This document shows positions 31,063 to 41,193 of a DNA stretch of 64,000 bases, piece after piece. Source of the DNA: an uncultured Planctomycetia bacterium (GTDB lineage: Bacteria; Planctomycetota; Planctomycetia; Pirellulales; Thermoguttaceae). The notes below the pieces were generated by a model. The model was not told where the DNA came from. It did not search any database and saw only the letters and a list, made by a program, of their open reading frames with translations. The position numbers and the translations under genes are program-made. The DNA lies in NCBI GenBank assembly GCA_963824275.1, contig CAWGOT010000001.1, positions 300,499-364,498 on the forward strand, read 5' to 3'. Numbering within the stretch: position 1 is the stretch's first letter; each line of letters opens with the position of its first letter.

Positions 31063-31208
31063 ATTGCAAATTGCAAATTGCAAATTGCAAATTGCAAAAT
31101 GAGGACAGACGCAGCGGATCGGACGGGCTGTTTCGTCGCGTTCTGTTCCCGGAGGCTCAAACCCTCTGCCCTCGTATTTCCTCCTCCAATTTGCAATCTG
31201 CAATTTCC
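31063..31208. repeat. Heptamer inverted repeat (ATTGCAA x5, with TTGCAAT on the other arm)
   Basis: GATTGCAAATTGCAAATTGCAAATTGCAAATTGCAAAATG lies at 31063-31100. CAATTTGCAATCTGCAATTTCC lies at 31187-31208. The element sits between ribE and rsmA. Confidence 0.85.
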
Positions 31209-31212
31209 TCTT

Positions 31213-32160
31213 ATGCAGTCTGATTCTCCCGACAAACCCGCCTCCGACAAGCAGACGCTTTCGTTCCTGCTCCGCCGCTTCCAGCAGGCCGGGATCAAGC
31301 CCCGTAGCGATCTGGGCCAGAACTTCCTGATCGACATGAACCTGCAGCGCGTGCTGCTGGAAACGGCCGAGATCGGACCGGACGACGTGATCTTGGAGGT
31401 GGGCACGGGCACCGGCGGCCTGACGATGCAGATGGCCCCCTTGGCGGCGGCCGTGGTGAGCGTGGAAGTCGATCGCGACTTGCACCAACTTGCCGGCGAG
31501 GAGCTCTTCCACTTCCCCAATGTGACCCTCTTGCGCACCGATGTGCTGAAGAGCAAAAGCCGGATCGAACCGGCCGTTCTCGAAGCGCTCCAACGGCAAT
31601 TGGAGGCCGGTCGGGCACCGGGTACCCCTGGTCGGCGGCGACTGAAACTCGTGGCCAACTTGCCCTATAACGTTGCCACGCCCTTGATCTCGAACCTATT
31701 GGCCCTCGACCGCCCGCCTTCGACGATGACCATCACCGTACAGAAGGAGGTGGCCGATCGGATCGTGGCCCGGCCGGGCGGGAAGGAATACGGCGGGCTG
31801 GCAATCTGGGTTCAGAGCCAGTGCCGCGCGGAGATCGTGCGCGTGCTGGCCCCATCGGTTTTCTGGCCGCGGCCCAAGGTCTCCTCGGCCTTCGTGCAAA
31901 TCACGCTCGACGAGTCGCTCCGCCGGCAGATTCCGGATCGCGGTTTTTTTCACGATTTCGTGCGCTCGATGTTTATGCATCGCCGCAAGGTATTGCGCAG
32001 CGAACTGCTTGGTGCCCGGAAGGAGTTTAGCAAATCCCAGGTCGACGAGCTGCTGGCCGGTCTGGGGTTGGAGCCCACCGTGCGGGCCGAGCGGCTCAGC
32101 CCAGCGGACATGCTTCGCCTCTGCGAGGCGGTCCGTGCGGGAGGCGGTGTTTCAAAGTAG
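31213..32160 (+). CDS. rsmA: 16S rRNA (adenine1518/1519-N6)-dimethyltransferase
   Basis: LGQNFLID and ILEVGTGTGGLT (SAM site) are present, along with NLPYNVATPLI. The ATG at 31213 follows the repeat. Confidence 0.9.
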   Translation: MQSDSPDKPASDKQTLSFLLRRFQQAGIKPRSDLGQNFLIDMNLQRVLLETAEIGPDDVILEVGTGTGGLTMQMAPLAAAVVSVEVDRDLHQLAGEELFHFPNVTLLRTDVLKSKSRIEPAVLEALQRQLEAGRAPGTPGRRRLKLVANLPYNVATPLISNLLALDRPPSTMTITVQKEVADRIVARPGGKEYGGLAIWVQSQCRAEIVRVLAPSVFWPRPKVSSAFVQITLDESLRRQIPDRGFFHDFVRSMFMHRRKVLRSELLGARKEFSKSQVDELLAGLGLEPTVRAERLSPADMLRLCEAVRAGGGVSK

Positions 32161-32296
32161 CAGGCACACCACCCGCACACCTGCCCAGTCCCTGGGAGCC
32201 CAGTCCGGTGCCTGCTCCTTTGGTTGGTGGCTACCATTTGACGCCGCAGCGGACATTTATTAAGATGGAAGCGGGATTGACAAGGAAGGACGAGCT

Positions 32297-32566
32297 ATGC
32301 ACTTTATCGAAATGTCGGGCAAGACCCTGAAACGCATCGTCAGCGAGGATGAGCTCCAGGCCATCGAGCTGGGCCATATCGGCGTGACCGACGAGAGCAT
32401 GATCCGTGTCAACCGCCAGGGCGATATCGAGATTCGCCGCCACGAGACGTGGGACGTGATCGGCGGCCTGCTGGGCGATTTCGATCATCGCGTCCGCCGG
32501 GAAACCGGCCTCGAATGGGCCGATTGTTGCGGTTGCGGCCAGGAGGATGACGCCCTGGCCACGTGA
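32297..32566 (+). CDS. Hypothetical small protein
   Basis: This 89-aa ORF begins MHFIEMSGKTLKRIVSEDELQAIEL.... I recognised no family. Confidence 0.4.
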   Translation: MHFIEMSGKTLKRIVSEDELQAIELGHIGVTDESMIRVNRQGDIEIRRHETWDVIGGLLGDFDHRVRRETGLEWADCCGCGQEDDALAT

Positions 32567-32579
32567 GACTGGCGAATCC

Positions 32580-32635
32580 GTATTCATCACGCTCCGCCGT
32601 GATGGCATTTCATCACGGCGGAGCGTGATGAGTAC
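32580..32635. repeat. Family I palindrome
   Basis: GTATTCATCACGCTCCGCCGTGATG, loop gcattt, then CATCACGGCGGAGCGTGATGAGTAC. It lies between convergent gene ends. Confidence 0.9.
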
Positions 32636-32639
32636 GTCG

Positions 32640-33367
32640 TCAGTGCGGGATGGGAATCCAGGCACTTCCGCCGACAAACAGGCTGAAGGTGATGATGGCC
32701 AGCATCATCAAGGTGACCCACAGTTCGGCCCCTTGCGCCCCCAACTGACGATCAAGAGTCCCAACGAAAGCACAACCGCGGCGAAGACGAAGAACAGTTC
32801 CCGCCAATAGCCGTCGATCTTGTGGCGGCGGCCGGCCTCGCGGGCGGCCATATCCAATTCCCGCCACTCGCCCGCCTCTTTCAGTTTGCGATCCTTGGCG
32901 GAGGCGGCCGCCAGATCGGCTGCCCGTTTCTTCAGGTCGTCGATCTTCTTCTGGTCGTCCGGTTTGATCTCGCCCCGCGCGGCGATTTCGTCGATCTGGC
33001 GTTGGATTTCGAGTTGCTTGGACTTGGCGTCGTCGTCGAACTGCTCGACAGACTTTTTCGCCATTGCCTCCGCACGCTCGACCCCATGCAGGCTGATCGA
33101 GTCGCAGCCCTTGGAAAGCAGCACGAGGACCAGGCCGATCGCTACCATCGGCCGCCCCGCCAGGAGCGAAAAGCGTCCGAGCTCGGATGCCCTCTCGGGC
33201 GTGACGTTCCAGCGCTCCGGCCGGGCCGGCGGATAGGGCGTCTGAGGCGGGGTGGCGTCGGGAACCACGAACGACTCGTTGCACGCAGGGCACTGGATCC
33301 GCTGACCCAAATGGGAGTCGCTGACTTGGAGTCGATGGCCTTTCGGACAGGTCGTTTCAAAGGACAT
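32640..33367 (-). CDS. Zinc-ribbon / coiled-coil membrane protein (hypothetical), with a frame shift at about 32745 (G run)
   Basis: The N-terminus reads MSFETTCPKGHRLQ...IQCPACNESF (CxxH...CxxC ribbon). It has two TM segments around a Lys/Asp-rich coiled coil. The final TM continues in the frame of ORF 32640-33293 (ELWVTLMMLAIITFSLFVGG). Confidence 0.55.
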
Positions 33368-33481
33368 TCCCAAAACTCCGCGAACGATCGGCGAGCAGTC
33401 CCTAAAGTCTAGGCCAATTTCCGCCCGTCGGCAATCTGCCGACCGTGATCGCGATCTTACAACAATGCCGGGCAATAGGCA

Positions 33482-33571
33482 GTAGGGTGGGCCGAGTGGA
33501 GCGAGTCCCACCGATTCATGGTGGGACTCGCTCCATTCGACCCGGGACTCGCTCCACTCGGCCCACCCTAC
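33482..33571. repeat. Family H-related palindrome
   Basis: GTAGGGTGGGCCGAGTGGAGCGAGTCCCACC pairs with GGGACTCGCTCCACTCGGCCCACCCTAC. It lies in the divergent spacer upstream of the response regulator. Confidence 0.8.
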
Positions 33572-33645
33572 CGGTCGACAATCCGGCCATGCCCTTATCC
33601 GGGGGGTTCTGGTCCGATCGATGCCAATCCGATAAGATCATTATC

Positions 33646-35060
33646 ATGAGTCCGCGCAAACCGACCCGACGACCGAACGTCTCTCCTTCCTCCGTGGGGC
33701 CAGCGGGGGAAGTGCTGATCGTCGACAATGATAAGTCCCACGCCGAGACCGTGGCCGAGAGTCTCGATCGGGCCGGCTTCCGCTGCACCGTGGCCACCTC
33801 CGGCAGCGAGGGGGCCCGGCTCGTGGAAGAACGGGAATTCGACGCGATTCTCACCGACTTGAAGATGAATGACGTCGACGGTCTGCAGATCCTGCAGAGG
33901 GCTAAGAGCGCCCAGCCCGATACCGAAGTCATCCTCCTGACCGGCTTCGGTTCGATCCCCTCGGCCGTCGAGGCCATGCAGAAGGGGGCCTTCAACTACC
34001 TGACCAAGCCGCTCGATCTGCATCAGCTCCGGGCGGCCACGCAGCGGGCCGTCGACAGTTCGCGTCTGCGGCGCACGAACCTGGAACTGAACCGCCGCCT
34101 GGACGAGAAATTCGGTTTCGAGGGCCTGATCGGCGACAGCCGCCAGATGCGCGACATTATCCACCGGCTGAAGCGGATTGCCCCCACGAACGCCACGCTT
34201 CTGATCCAGGGCGAGACCGGCACCGGCAAGGAGCTTGTGGCCCAGGCCGTCCACCAGAACAGCCCTCGCAAGAACAAGCCCTTCGTGGCCTTGAACTGCG
34301 CCGCCTTGAGCGAGAACATCCTGGAGAGCGAGTTGTTCGGGCACGTCAAAGGGGCCTTTACCGATGCCTCGGCGGACCGCGTGGGCAAGTTCGAATACGC
34401 CCACGGCGGCACGCTCTTCCTCGACGAGGTGGGCGACATGCCGCTGGCCACGCAGATCAAGCTCCTGCGGGTGCTGGAGAACGGCGAGATTACCCGGGTC
34501 GGCTCGAATGAGCCGATCAAGGTCAACGTGCGGATCCTCTCCGCCACGAACCGCAACCTGGAAGACGTGATCGAGAGCGGTGCCTTTCGCAGCGACCTGT
34601 ACCACCGCCTGAAGGTCGTGACGATCCGCCTGCCGAGCCTGCGGGAGCGGAGCCAGGACATCCCCATGCTCATCGATTACTTCCTCAAACAGTTCGCCGC
34701 GCAGCACGGCAAGCGGATCAAGGGCATGTCGGCCGCCGCGCGCATCGGCTGCTGGGCTACGAGTGGCCTGGCAACGTCCGCCAGCTTCGCAACGTGGTCG
34801 AGAGCATGGTGGTGGTCGATTACGACGGCCTGCTGGACTGCGACGACTTGCCCGAAGAACTGGCCGGTCCAACCGTGCCCTCCGCCGAACCGGCCGAGGA
34901 TACCCTCGTCGGGCTGGTCGGCCGGACGCTGGAAGACGTCGAGAAGATGTTTATTTCCGAGACCCTGCGGGTTTGCGGCGGCAACCGCGAATTGGCCGCC
35001 AGCAAGCTGGGGATTGGCGAAAGAACGCTGTACAGGAAGATCAGGGAGTACGGACTGTAG
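33646..35060 (+). CDS. Sigma-54-dependent response regulator (NtrC family), with a frame shift at about 34742
   Basis: The receiver domain (VLIVDND...[13 protein letters not shown]...KP) is followed by an AAA+ domain ([30 protein letters not shown]). After the shift come [14 protein letters not shown] and the Fis-type [24 protein letters not shown]. Confidence 0.9.
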
Positions 35061-35133
35061 GGGATGAAGGACGAGGGATGAGAGATGAGGGATGAGAGAT
35101 GAGGGATGAGAGATGAGGGATAGGGGTGAGAGG
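35061..35133. repeat. Heptamer/14-mer tandem repeat (GAGGGATGAGAGAT x about 4, GGATGAG family)
   Basis: It directly follows the ntrC-like stop. Its 5' part is complementary to 37408-37447, 2.3 kb away. Confidence 0.85.
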
Positions 35134-35602
35134 CGATACGGGGAGATCGGTTTCCGATGAACAAGTCGTTTATACTCGACGAGATAAGGCGTACGGCCGA
35201 AGCAAACGGTGGTAAGCCGCTTGGGCGCCAGGCATTTGCTTCCGAGACCGGAATCAAGGAGTATGTCTGGAACCAGCATTGGGCGCGTTGGAGTCTCGCA
35301 CTAGCGGAGGCAGGTTTCGCGGCAAACCGGCTAACTGGACGACTCAAGATTACCGAACTGTTGGAGAAGTACGCAACTTTGGCCCGAGAGATCGGCCGAC
35401 TGCCTTCCGGTGGGGACCTGAGGTTCAAGCATCATGCCGACTTACAGTTTCCCAGCAAGAACACGTTTGAGTCCCGGTTCGGGGGGAAAGCGGCCCTTGT
35501 CAGGAAGCTGATCGAGTATTGTCGTCACAACAACAACTATCCGACTGTTTTCGGCATGTGTCAAGCGTATCTCACAAGCGAGGTGATAGACGCCGATGGA
35601 AC

Positions 35603-37347
35603 GGCAGCAACTCGCGATCCGCTCGCGTTTTTTGTTGATGGGCAAGGAGTTAAGCGTTTGCTAGCAGGATAAAAAAGCCTCATACTAACAGGTGAGTAGT
35701 CCATGTTTCAATGAACCCTGCTAGCACGAGGCTCAATTATGATTTCAGCAAAAGAACTCGATTTTGTCAAGGCCCATGAGCAATTTCAGCGGATGTGCGA
35801 GTTTTTGGACCAAGCACTTTCCGAGGGTCAACGTGTGGATCAGGTGGAACGGGGATTGTTTTCCCAGGCGATGACCATGTGTTTGGAACTCTTGCGGTCC
35901 TTTGTTGAGGCCCATGGGGATGGGGACCGGGGAAAGACCCTGGAACGGGAAGGAGAGACGCTGGACCGCCTGCCCAAACCCCACGATAAGCGATACTTGT
36001 CGATTTTCGGAGAACTGTTGATCGGCCGTTGGGTCTACGGGACTCGCGAAGGACAGGCGATTGAGTGGTCGCCCCTGGACGCGGCCTTGGGGTTGCCCGC
36101 CGGAGAGAACTCGTATGTCCTGGAGGACTGGTTGCAGCGATTGTGTATCCAGGAAGCCTTTGGGGGGTCGGTGGAGTCGTTGCGTGCCTGGCTGGGGACG
36201 ACGGTGAGCGTTCGCACGGCGGAGCATATGAGTCGAGAGATGTCCGAGTACATGGACGGTTTTCGCGGTGAAGCGATTCCTCCGGCAGAAGAAGAGGAGG
36301 AATTGTTGGTGGTGACGGCCGATGGCAAGGGTGTGCCGATGCGTCGGACATTGGCGGCGCGGTTGCAAGCAGAGTCACAGGCGTGCGAGGGAGAAGGGGA
36401 CGGGAATGCTCAAGTGGCGGGAACGACAGGAGGGACGGTAGCGGTCGGTGCGGAAGAGGTGCATTCCCCATCCCCGATCAAGCGTTCGGCGGGGCAAGAG
36501 AAGAACGGCGTGCGTCCCGGGAAAAAGCAGATGGCGTATGTGGGAGCCATTTATACGCAGGCTCGTTTCCCTCGTACTGCCGAGGACGTGATCGACGAGG
36601 TGCGTCGGCGGAAGCGTGCCAAGGACCGGCCCGAACCGCAACACAAGCATGTGTGGGCACGGATGACACAGTTTCTGGAAGGAGAGCCGTTGCCAGCCGC
36701 ACCGATGTTATTCTTGGAGATGGTGATGGAGTGTTATCGGAGGGACCCGACGAACGAGAAGCTGTGCATCTGTGTCATGGACGGGGAACGTCAGTTATGG
36801 AACTTGGCGGAAGAGTGGTTTCCCGGGGCCATTGGGATTTTGGACCTGTTCCACGCGATGAAACGCCTCTGGGGCGTGGCCCATTGCCTGTATGCCGAGG
36901 AGACTGCGGAGGCAAAGGAGTTCGTGACGCATCATCTGCGAATGCTGCTGCAAGGCAAGGTTGGTTACGTCCTGCGCAACTTCCGCCCGCTGGTCAAGGT
37001 GCATCACCTGAAGGGGACGAAAAAGGCGACCGTGGAGGCCGCGATTACCTACTATGAAAACAACCAGGAGCACATGCGCTACGACGAATACTTGGCGGCG
37101 GGCTACCCGATTGCCAGTGGGGTGGCCGAAGGTGCCTGCAAACACCTCGTGAAGGATCGCATGGAGCGCGCCGGAATGCGGTGGGAGTTGGAAGGAGCGC
37201 AAGCCATCCTCTCGCTCCGAGCCATCTACCTCAACGGCCTGTGGGACCAATTCATCGCCTACCGTGTTGCGACGGAACAGACGCGACTATATGGCGAAGA
37301 TACACAACACGCAATGGCTGCATAAGAGCGGCCTGCGAGTTGCTGCC
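35603..37347 (+). mobile_element. ISKra4-family insertion sequence (1745 bp) with an 8-bp target-site duplication
   Basis: The terminal inverted repeats match at 19 of 22 positions. They are GGCAGCAACTCGCgatCCGCTC (35603-35624) and the reverse complement of GAGCGGcctGCGAGTTGCTGCC (37326-37347). The direct repeat GATGGAAC lies at 35595-35602 and 37348-37355. The element carries a single transposase ORF. Confidence 0.8.
35739..37325 (+). CDS. ISKra4-family (UPF0236-like) DDE transposase
   Basis: This is an intact 528-aa ORF. LLVVTADGKGVPMRR, CICVMDGERQLWN and IASGVAEGACKHLVKDRMERAGMRW are typical of ISKra4-type transposases. Confidence 0.8.
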   Translation: MISAKELDFVKAHEQFQRMCEFLDQALSEGQRVDQVERGLFSQAMTMCLELLRSFVEAHGDGDRGKTLEREGETLDRLPKPHDKRYLSIFGELLIGRWVYGTREGQAIEWSPLDAALGLPAGENSYVLEDWLQRLCIQEAFGGSVESLRAWLGTTVSVRTAEHMSREMSEYMDGFRGEAIPPAEEEEELLVVTADGKGVPMRRTLAARLQAESQACEGEGDGNAQVAGTTGGTVAVGAEEVHSPSPIKRSAGQEKNGVRPGKKQMAYVGAIYTQARFPRTAEDVIDEVRRRKRAKDRPEPQHKHVWARMTQFLEGEPLPAAPMLFLEMVMECYRRDPTNEKLCICVMDGERQLWNLAEEWFPGAIGILDLFHAMKRLWGVAHCLYAEETAEAKEFVTHHLRMLLQGKVGYVLRNFRPLVKVHHLKGTKKATVEAAITYYENNQEHMRYDEYLAAGYPIASGVAEGACKHLVKDRMERAGMRWELEGAQAILSLRAIYLNGLWDQFIAYRVATEQTRLYGEDTQHAMAA

Positions 37348-37452
37348 GATGGAACCGGAGTCAAAACGTACAAACTACGCAGATTTATGTAAACACCATT
37401 TCGTCCGCCCTTCACCAATCCCTTATCCCTCATCGCTCGTCCTTTCCGCCCC

Positions 37453-39380
37453 ATGCCCATTCGCCGTCTTTCCCAGTCCCTCATCAACAAGATCGCGGCC
37501 GGCGAGGTCATCGAACGGCCGGCGAGCGTGATCAAGGAGTTGATGGAGAACGCCGTCGACGCCGGTGCGGCGCGGATCGACGTCGCGGTCCAGAACGGCG
37601 GACTGGACCTGATGCGGGTCGTCGACAGCGGCGGCGGAATCCCGGCCGACGAACTGCCGCTGGCCGTCGCCCCCCACGCCACGAGCAAGCTCTCTGCGGC
37701 CGACGACCTGTTCCGCGTCGGCACGCTGGGTTTCCGCGGCGAAGCCCTGGCCTCGATCGGCGAGATCAGCCGGCTGGTGATTCGCAGCCGCACGGCGGCC
37801 GAGCAGGGCGGGGCGGAAATCGAGGTCGCCGGCGGACATGCCAGTCCTGTCGTGCCCTGCGGATGCCCTGTGGGCACGACCGTCGAGGTCCACAATCTCT
37901 TCTACAACACGCCGGTGCGGCGGAAATTCATGCGGACCCCGCAGACCGAGTTCGGCCACGCGAGCGAGGCCTTTACCCGCATCGCCCTGGCGCTGCCGCG
38001 GGTCCACTTCACCTTGCGGCACAACGAGCGGCAGGTCTTCGACCTGCCGGTCAGTGAAAGCCCCCTCGAACGGATTGCGGCCCTCTTCGGCCGTGAACTG
38101 GCGGAGCGTTTGATCTTTGTCGAGAGCCGCGAGGGCGACGTGCGGATCAGCGGCTGCGTGGCCCATCCCAGCCAGAGCCGCAGCAACAACCGCATGCAGT
38201 ACCTGTTCCTCAACGGCCGCCACATCCGCGACCACGCCTTGCAGCACGCCCTGGCGGAGGCCTATCGAGGACTGCTCATGGTGGGACGCTATGCGGTCGC
38301 TTTCCTCTCCATCGAGATGCCGCCCGACATGGTCGACGTGAACGTCCATCCCACCAAGCTGGAGGTTCGCTTCCGCGACGGCGGCCGGCTCTATAGCCAG
38401 TTGCTCGCTACGATCCGCAGCAAGTTCCTGACCACCGACTTGACCACCCTGGCCCAGGCCCCGCCCGGCGGTGAAGATCCCGGCGGCGCACACGATGAGA
38501 CCCGCGCCGCCCAGGTGCGGCAAGAGCTTGTCGATTGGGCCAAGGGCAAGGTCGCCACGTGGCAACCGGCCGCTGCGGGCACGACGCCACAGCCGGCGGC
38601 CGACGAGCCTTGGGCCCGCGGTGAACCGCTCAGGCAATATGCGTTCCCCACGCCCGATGCCGCGGCGGAACGCTCGACGCTGGAACTCACTCGGCTCGAC
38701 GTGCTTCGGCCGGCGTTCCGACTTCCTGAGGAAACGCAGGCGGCACGTCTTCGCTACGATGCCGCCAGCGATGCGCCGCGGCCGGAAGGCCAGGAACCGC
38801 CTTCCGTGCGCCCTCCCCAGGCCTTGCAGATCCACAATCGTTATCTGGTCACTGAGACCCAGGAGGGCGTGACGATCATCGATCAGCACGCCCTGCACGA
38901 GCGGATCCTCTTCGAGCAGCTTCGGCGCGGATCGACGCCGGGGCCCTGGAGACGCAGAGTCTTCTGGTTCCCGAGCCGGTCGACTTGAGTCCCGCTGAGG
39001 CGGCCATCGCCCTGGAGCATCGTGACGTGCTCGGCGAGTTGGGTCTGAGGATCGAACCGTTCGGCGGCGACACGGTGCTGATCACGGGTTTTCCGGCGAT
39101 GTTGGCCAACATGAACCCGGGCGAGATCCTGCACGCCTTGCTGGAGCGGCTGGTCTCCGGCGGAGGGCAGCCCGATCGCCGCGATCTGCTCGACGACATG
39201 CTGCACACGGTGGCCTGCAAGGCGGCGATCAAGGCCGGCGACCGGCTTACGACCCAGGAAATCTCCGCGCTCTTGGAGCAGCGGCACACGGTCGACGACT
39301 CGCACCACTGCCCTCACGGCCGGCCCACGGAACTGGTTTTCACGCGCGAGGAGTTGGATAAGCAGTTCAAGAGGATTTAG
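37453..39380 (+). CDS. mutL: DNA mismatch repair protein MutL, with a frame shift at about 38924-38930
   Basis: The N-terminal part has LINKIAAGEVIERPASVIKELMENAVDAGA, GFRGEALASI and FYNTPVRRKF. The C-terminal frame has DQHALHERILFEQL, then LVPEPV..., HTVACKAAIKAGD and CPHGRPT. Confidence 0.95.
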
Positions 39381-39566
39381 AAGGCTAGTCCTTGAGTAAC
39401 CCCTGCCAACCCGCAGGTTCTCATCACTTACGGCATGCTTCTATCGGGGGTGTAATTCAGCCTCGCGGGCCTATCTTCTTGAACTTCGCCGCGGAAGTTA
39501 CAATAGGATAGTCCCATCTGTCCGTTTTGAAGCTAGATTCCTTATCGCGCGGTTCAAGCCATGATT

Positions 39567-39608
39567 GCTCCCCGCTCCCTGCTCCCCGCTCCCCGCTCCC
39601 CGCTCCCC
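39567..39608. repeat. Heptamer tandem repeat GCTCCCC (6 units)
   Basis: GCTCCCCGCTCCCTGCTCCCCGCTCCCCGCTCCCCGCTCCCC lies 18 nt upstream of the aroDE ATG. A shorter relative lies at 41174-41192. Confidence 0.85.
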
Positions 39609-39626
39609 TAACCATCGAGCCCTGCC

Positions 39627-41113
39627 ATGATTTGCGTTAGTATCGGTCGCGGCCGCCATCGTCTCATGATCGCGGAATACAAGCACCTTGCCGAACAGGG
39701 GGCCAAGCTGGTCGAACTGCGGTTGGACTATATCAACGGCGCCGTCAACCTCAAGCGGCTGCTGGCCGATCGGCCCTGCGCCGTGGTCATTGCCTGCCGC
39801 CGGCCTGCCGACGGCGGCAAGTGGGCCGGCACGGAGGAGCAGCGCCAACTCCTGCTGCGGACGGCCATCGTCGAGGGCGTGGATTACATCGACCTGGAAG
39901 ACGACATTGCCGCCAAGATCCCGCGCTACGGCAAGACGAAGCGGATCGTCAGTTTCCACGATTTCCGCAAGACGCCCGACAACCTCGACGAGATCCACCG
40001 CCGGCTTTCGCAGTGCAATGCGGACATTGTCAAGATCTCAACCATGGTCAACCATCCCAGCGACAACGTGCGGATCCTGAACATGATCCGCAAGTCCAAG
40101 ATCCCCACGATCGGCCTGGGGATGGGCGATATTGGCGTGCCGACCCGCATCCTGGCCGGCAAGTTCGGCGCCGCGCATACCTATGCCACGTTCCATTCCG
40201 AAAGGGCCCTGGCGCCGGGCCAGCTCAGCTTCGAGCACATGACCCAGGTCTACCGCTACGACCAGATCAACGCCGAAACCGAGGTCTACGGCGTCGTGGC
40301 CGATCCGATCGGGCACAGCCTCAGCCCCTTGATCCAGAACGCCGGTTTCGCGCACCTGGGGTTGAACAAGGTCTATGTTCCGTTCCGCGTGCCGCGCGAG
40401 GACTTGGGCCGCTTCATCGACGAGGCCGGTGCGTTGGGCATCCGCGGCTTGAGCATCACGATCCCGCACAAGGAAGAGGTGATCAAGAAGCTGACGGTGG
40501 TTGACGACGCGGTTCACGGCATCGGGGCGGCCAACACGGTGATGTTCAACGGCACGGTGCGGGCCGGCTACAACACCGACTATCATGCCGCCATGTCGAG
40601 CCTGGAGGAGGTGATGGGGCTTTCGGCGGCGGGCGAAAAACCGCTCTCGGGCAAGATGGCCCTGGTGATGGGCTGCGGCGGCGCCGGCATGGCCATCACC
40701 TACGGCCTGATTCGCCGCGGGGCCAGCGTGCTGGTGAGCGACATTGCGCCGAGAAGGCCGAGGCCCTGGCGGCCCGCTTCGGTTGCCAGGCCGTCGATTG
40801 GGCCGACCGGCACAAGGCGAACCCGGACATCCTCATCAACAGCACCCCGGTGGGCATGCATCCCAATGTCGACGAAACGCCCTACGAGAAGCATCATCTG
40901 CGGCCGGCGATGGTCGTTTTCGACGCCGTCTACAATCCCGAAAACACGCTCTTGATCAAGGATGCCCGCAGCCGCAATTGCACGGTGGTCACGGGAATTG
41001 AGATGTTTGTCCGCCAGGCCTGTCTGCAATTCAAGTTCTTTACCGGCCAGGAAGGCCCGGCCGATCTGATGCGTGACGTCATTCGGCGGACGATCGGGGC
41101 GGTGAGGGTGTAA
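39627..41113 (+). CDS. aroDE: Bifunctional 3-dehydroquinate dehydratase (type I) / shikimate dehydrogenase, with a frame shift at about 40748
   Basis: The AroD part has LVELRLDY, IVSFHDF and DIVKISTM. The AroE part has VYGVVADPIGHSLSPLIQNAGF, SITIPHKE, NTD and GCGGAG. After the shift the reading continues EKAEALAARFG...INSTPVGMHP...VVFDAVYNP. Confidence 0.9.
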
Positions 41114-41117
41114 ATGG

Positions 41118-41157
41118 GAAAATCCGAAATCCGAATGTCGAAATCCGAAACAAATCC
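41118..41157. repeat. AAATCCG-family heptamer element, a single arm identical over 40 nt to 7038-7077
   Basis: GAAAATCCGAAATCCGAATGTCGAAATCCGAAACAAATCC is followed by CAAATCT-type and CTCCCCG-type short repeats, which run up to the ATG at 41194. Confidence 0.85.
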
Positions 41158-41193
41158 CAAATCTCAAATCTCAGCTCCCCGCTCGCTGCTCCC

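Larger units (their letters stand above)
35157..37392 (+). pseudogene. Protein with two homing-endonuclease-associated (HNH_repeat-like) repeats, interrupted by an IS at 35603-37347
   Basis: The two repeats are GGKPLGRQAFASETGIKEYVW..WARWSLALAEAGF and IGRLPSGGDLRF..FPSKNTFESRFGG. Removing the IS plus one TSD copy restores ...EVIDADGTGVKTYKLRRFM* (stop at 37390-37392). Its GC content is visibly lower than the surroundings. Confidence 0.6.

Noticed and set aside
39455-39510. A promoter or operator upstream of aroDE (TTGAAC...TACAAT with the palindrome AACTTCGCCGCGGAAGTT).
   Set aside because: The spacing between the -35-like and -10-like hexamers is only 14 nt. An alternative -35 (TTCTTG at 17 nt) is weak. 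The evidence is not strong enough to list it as a feature.
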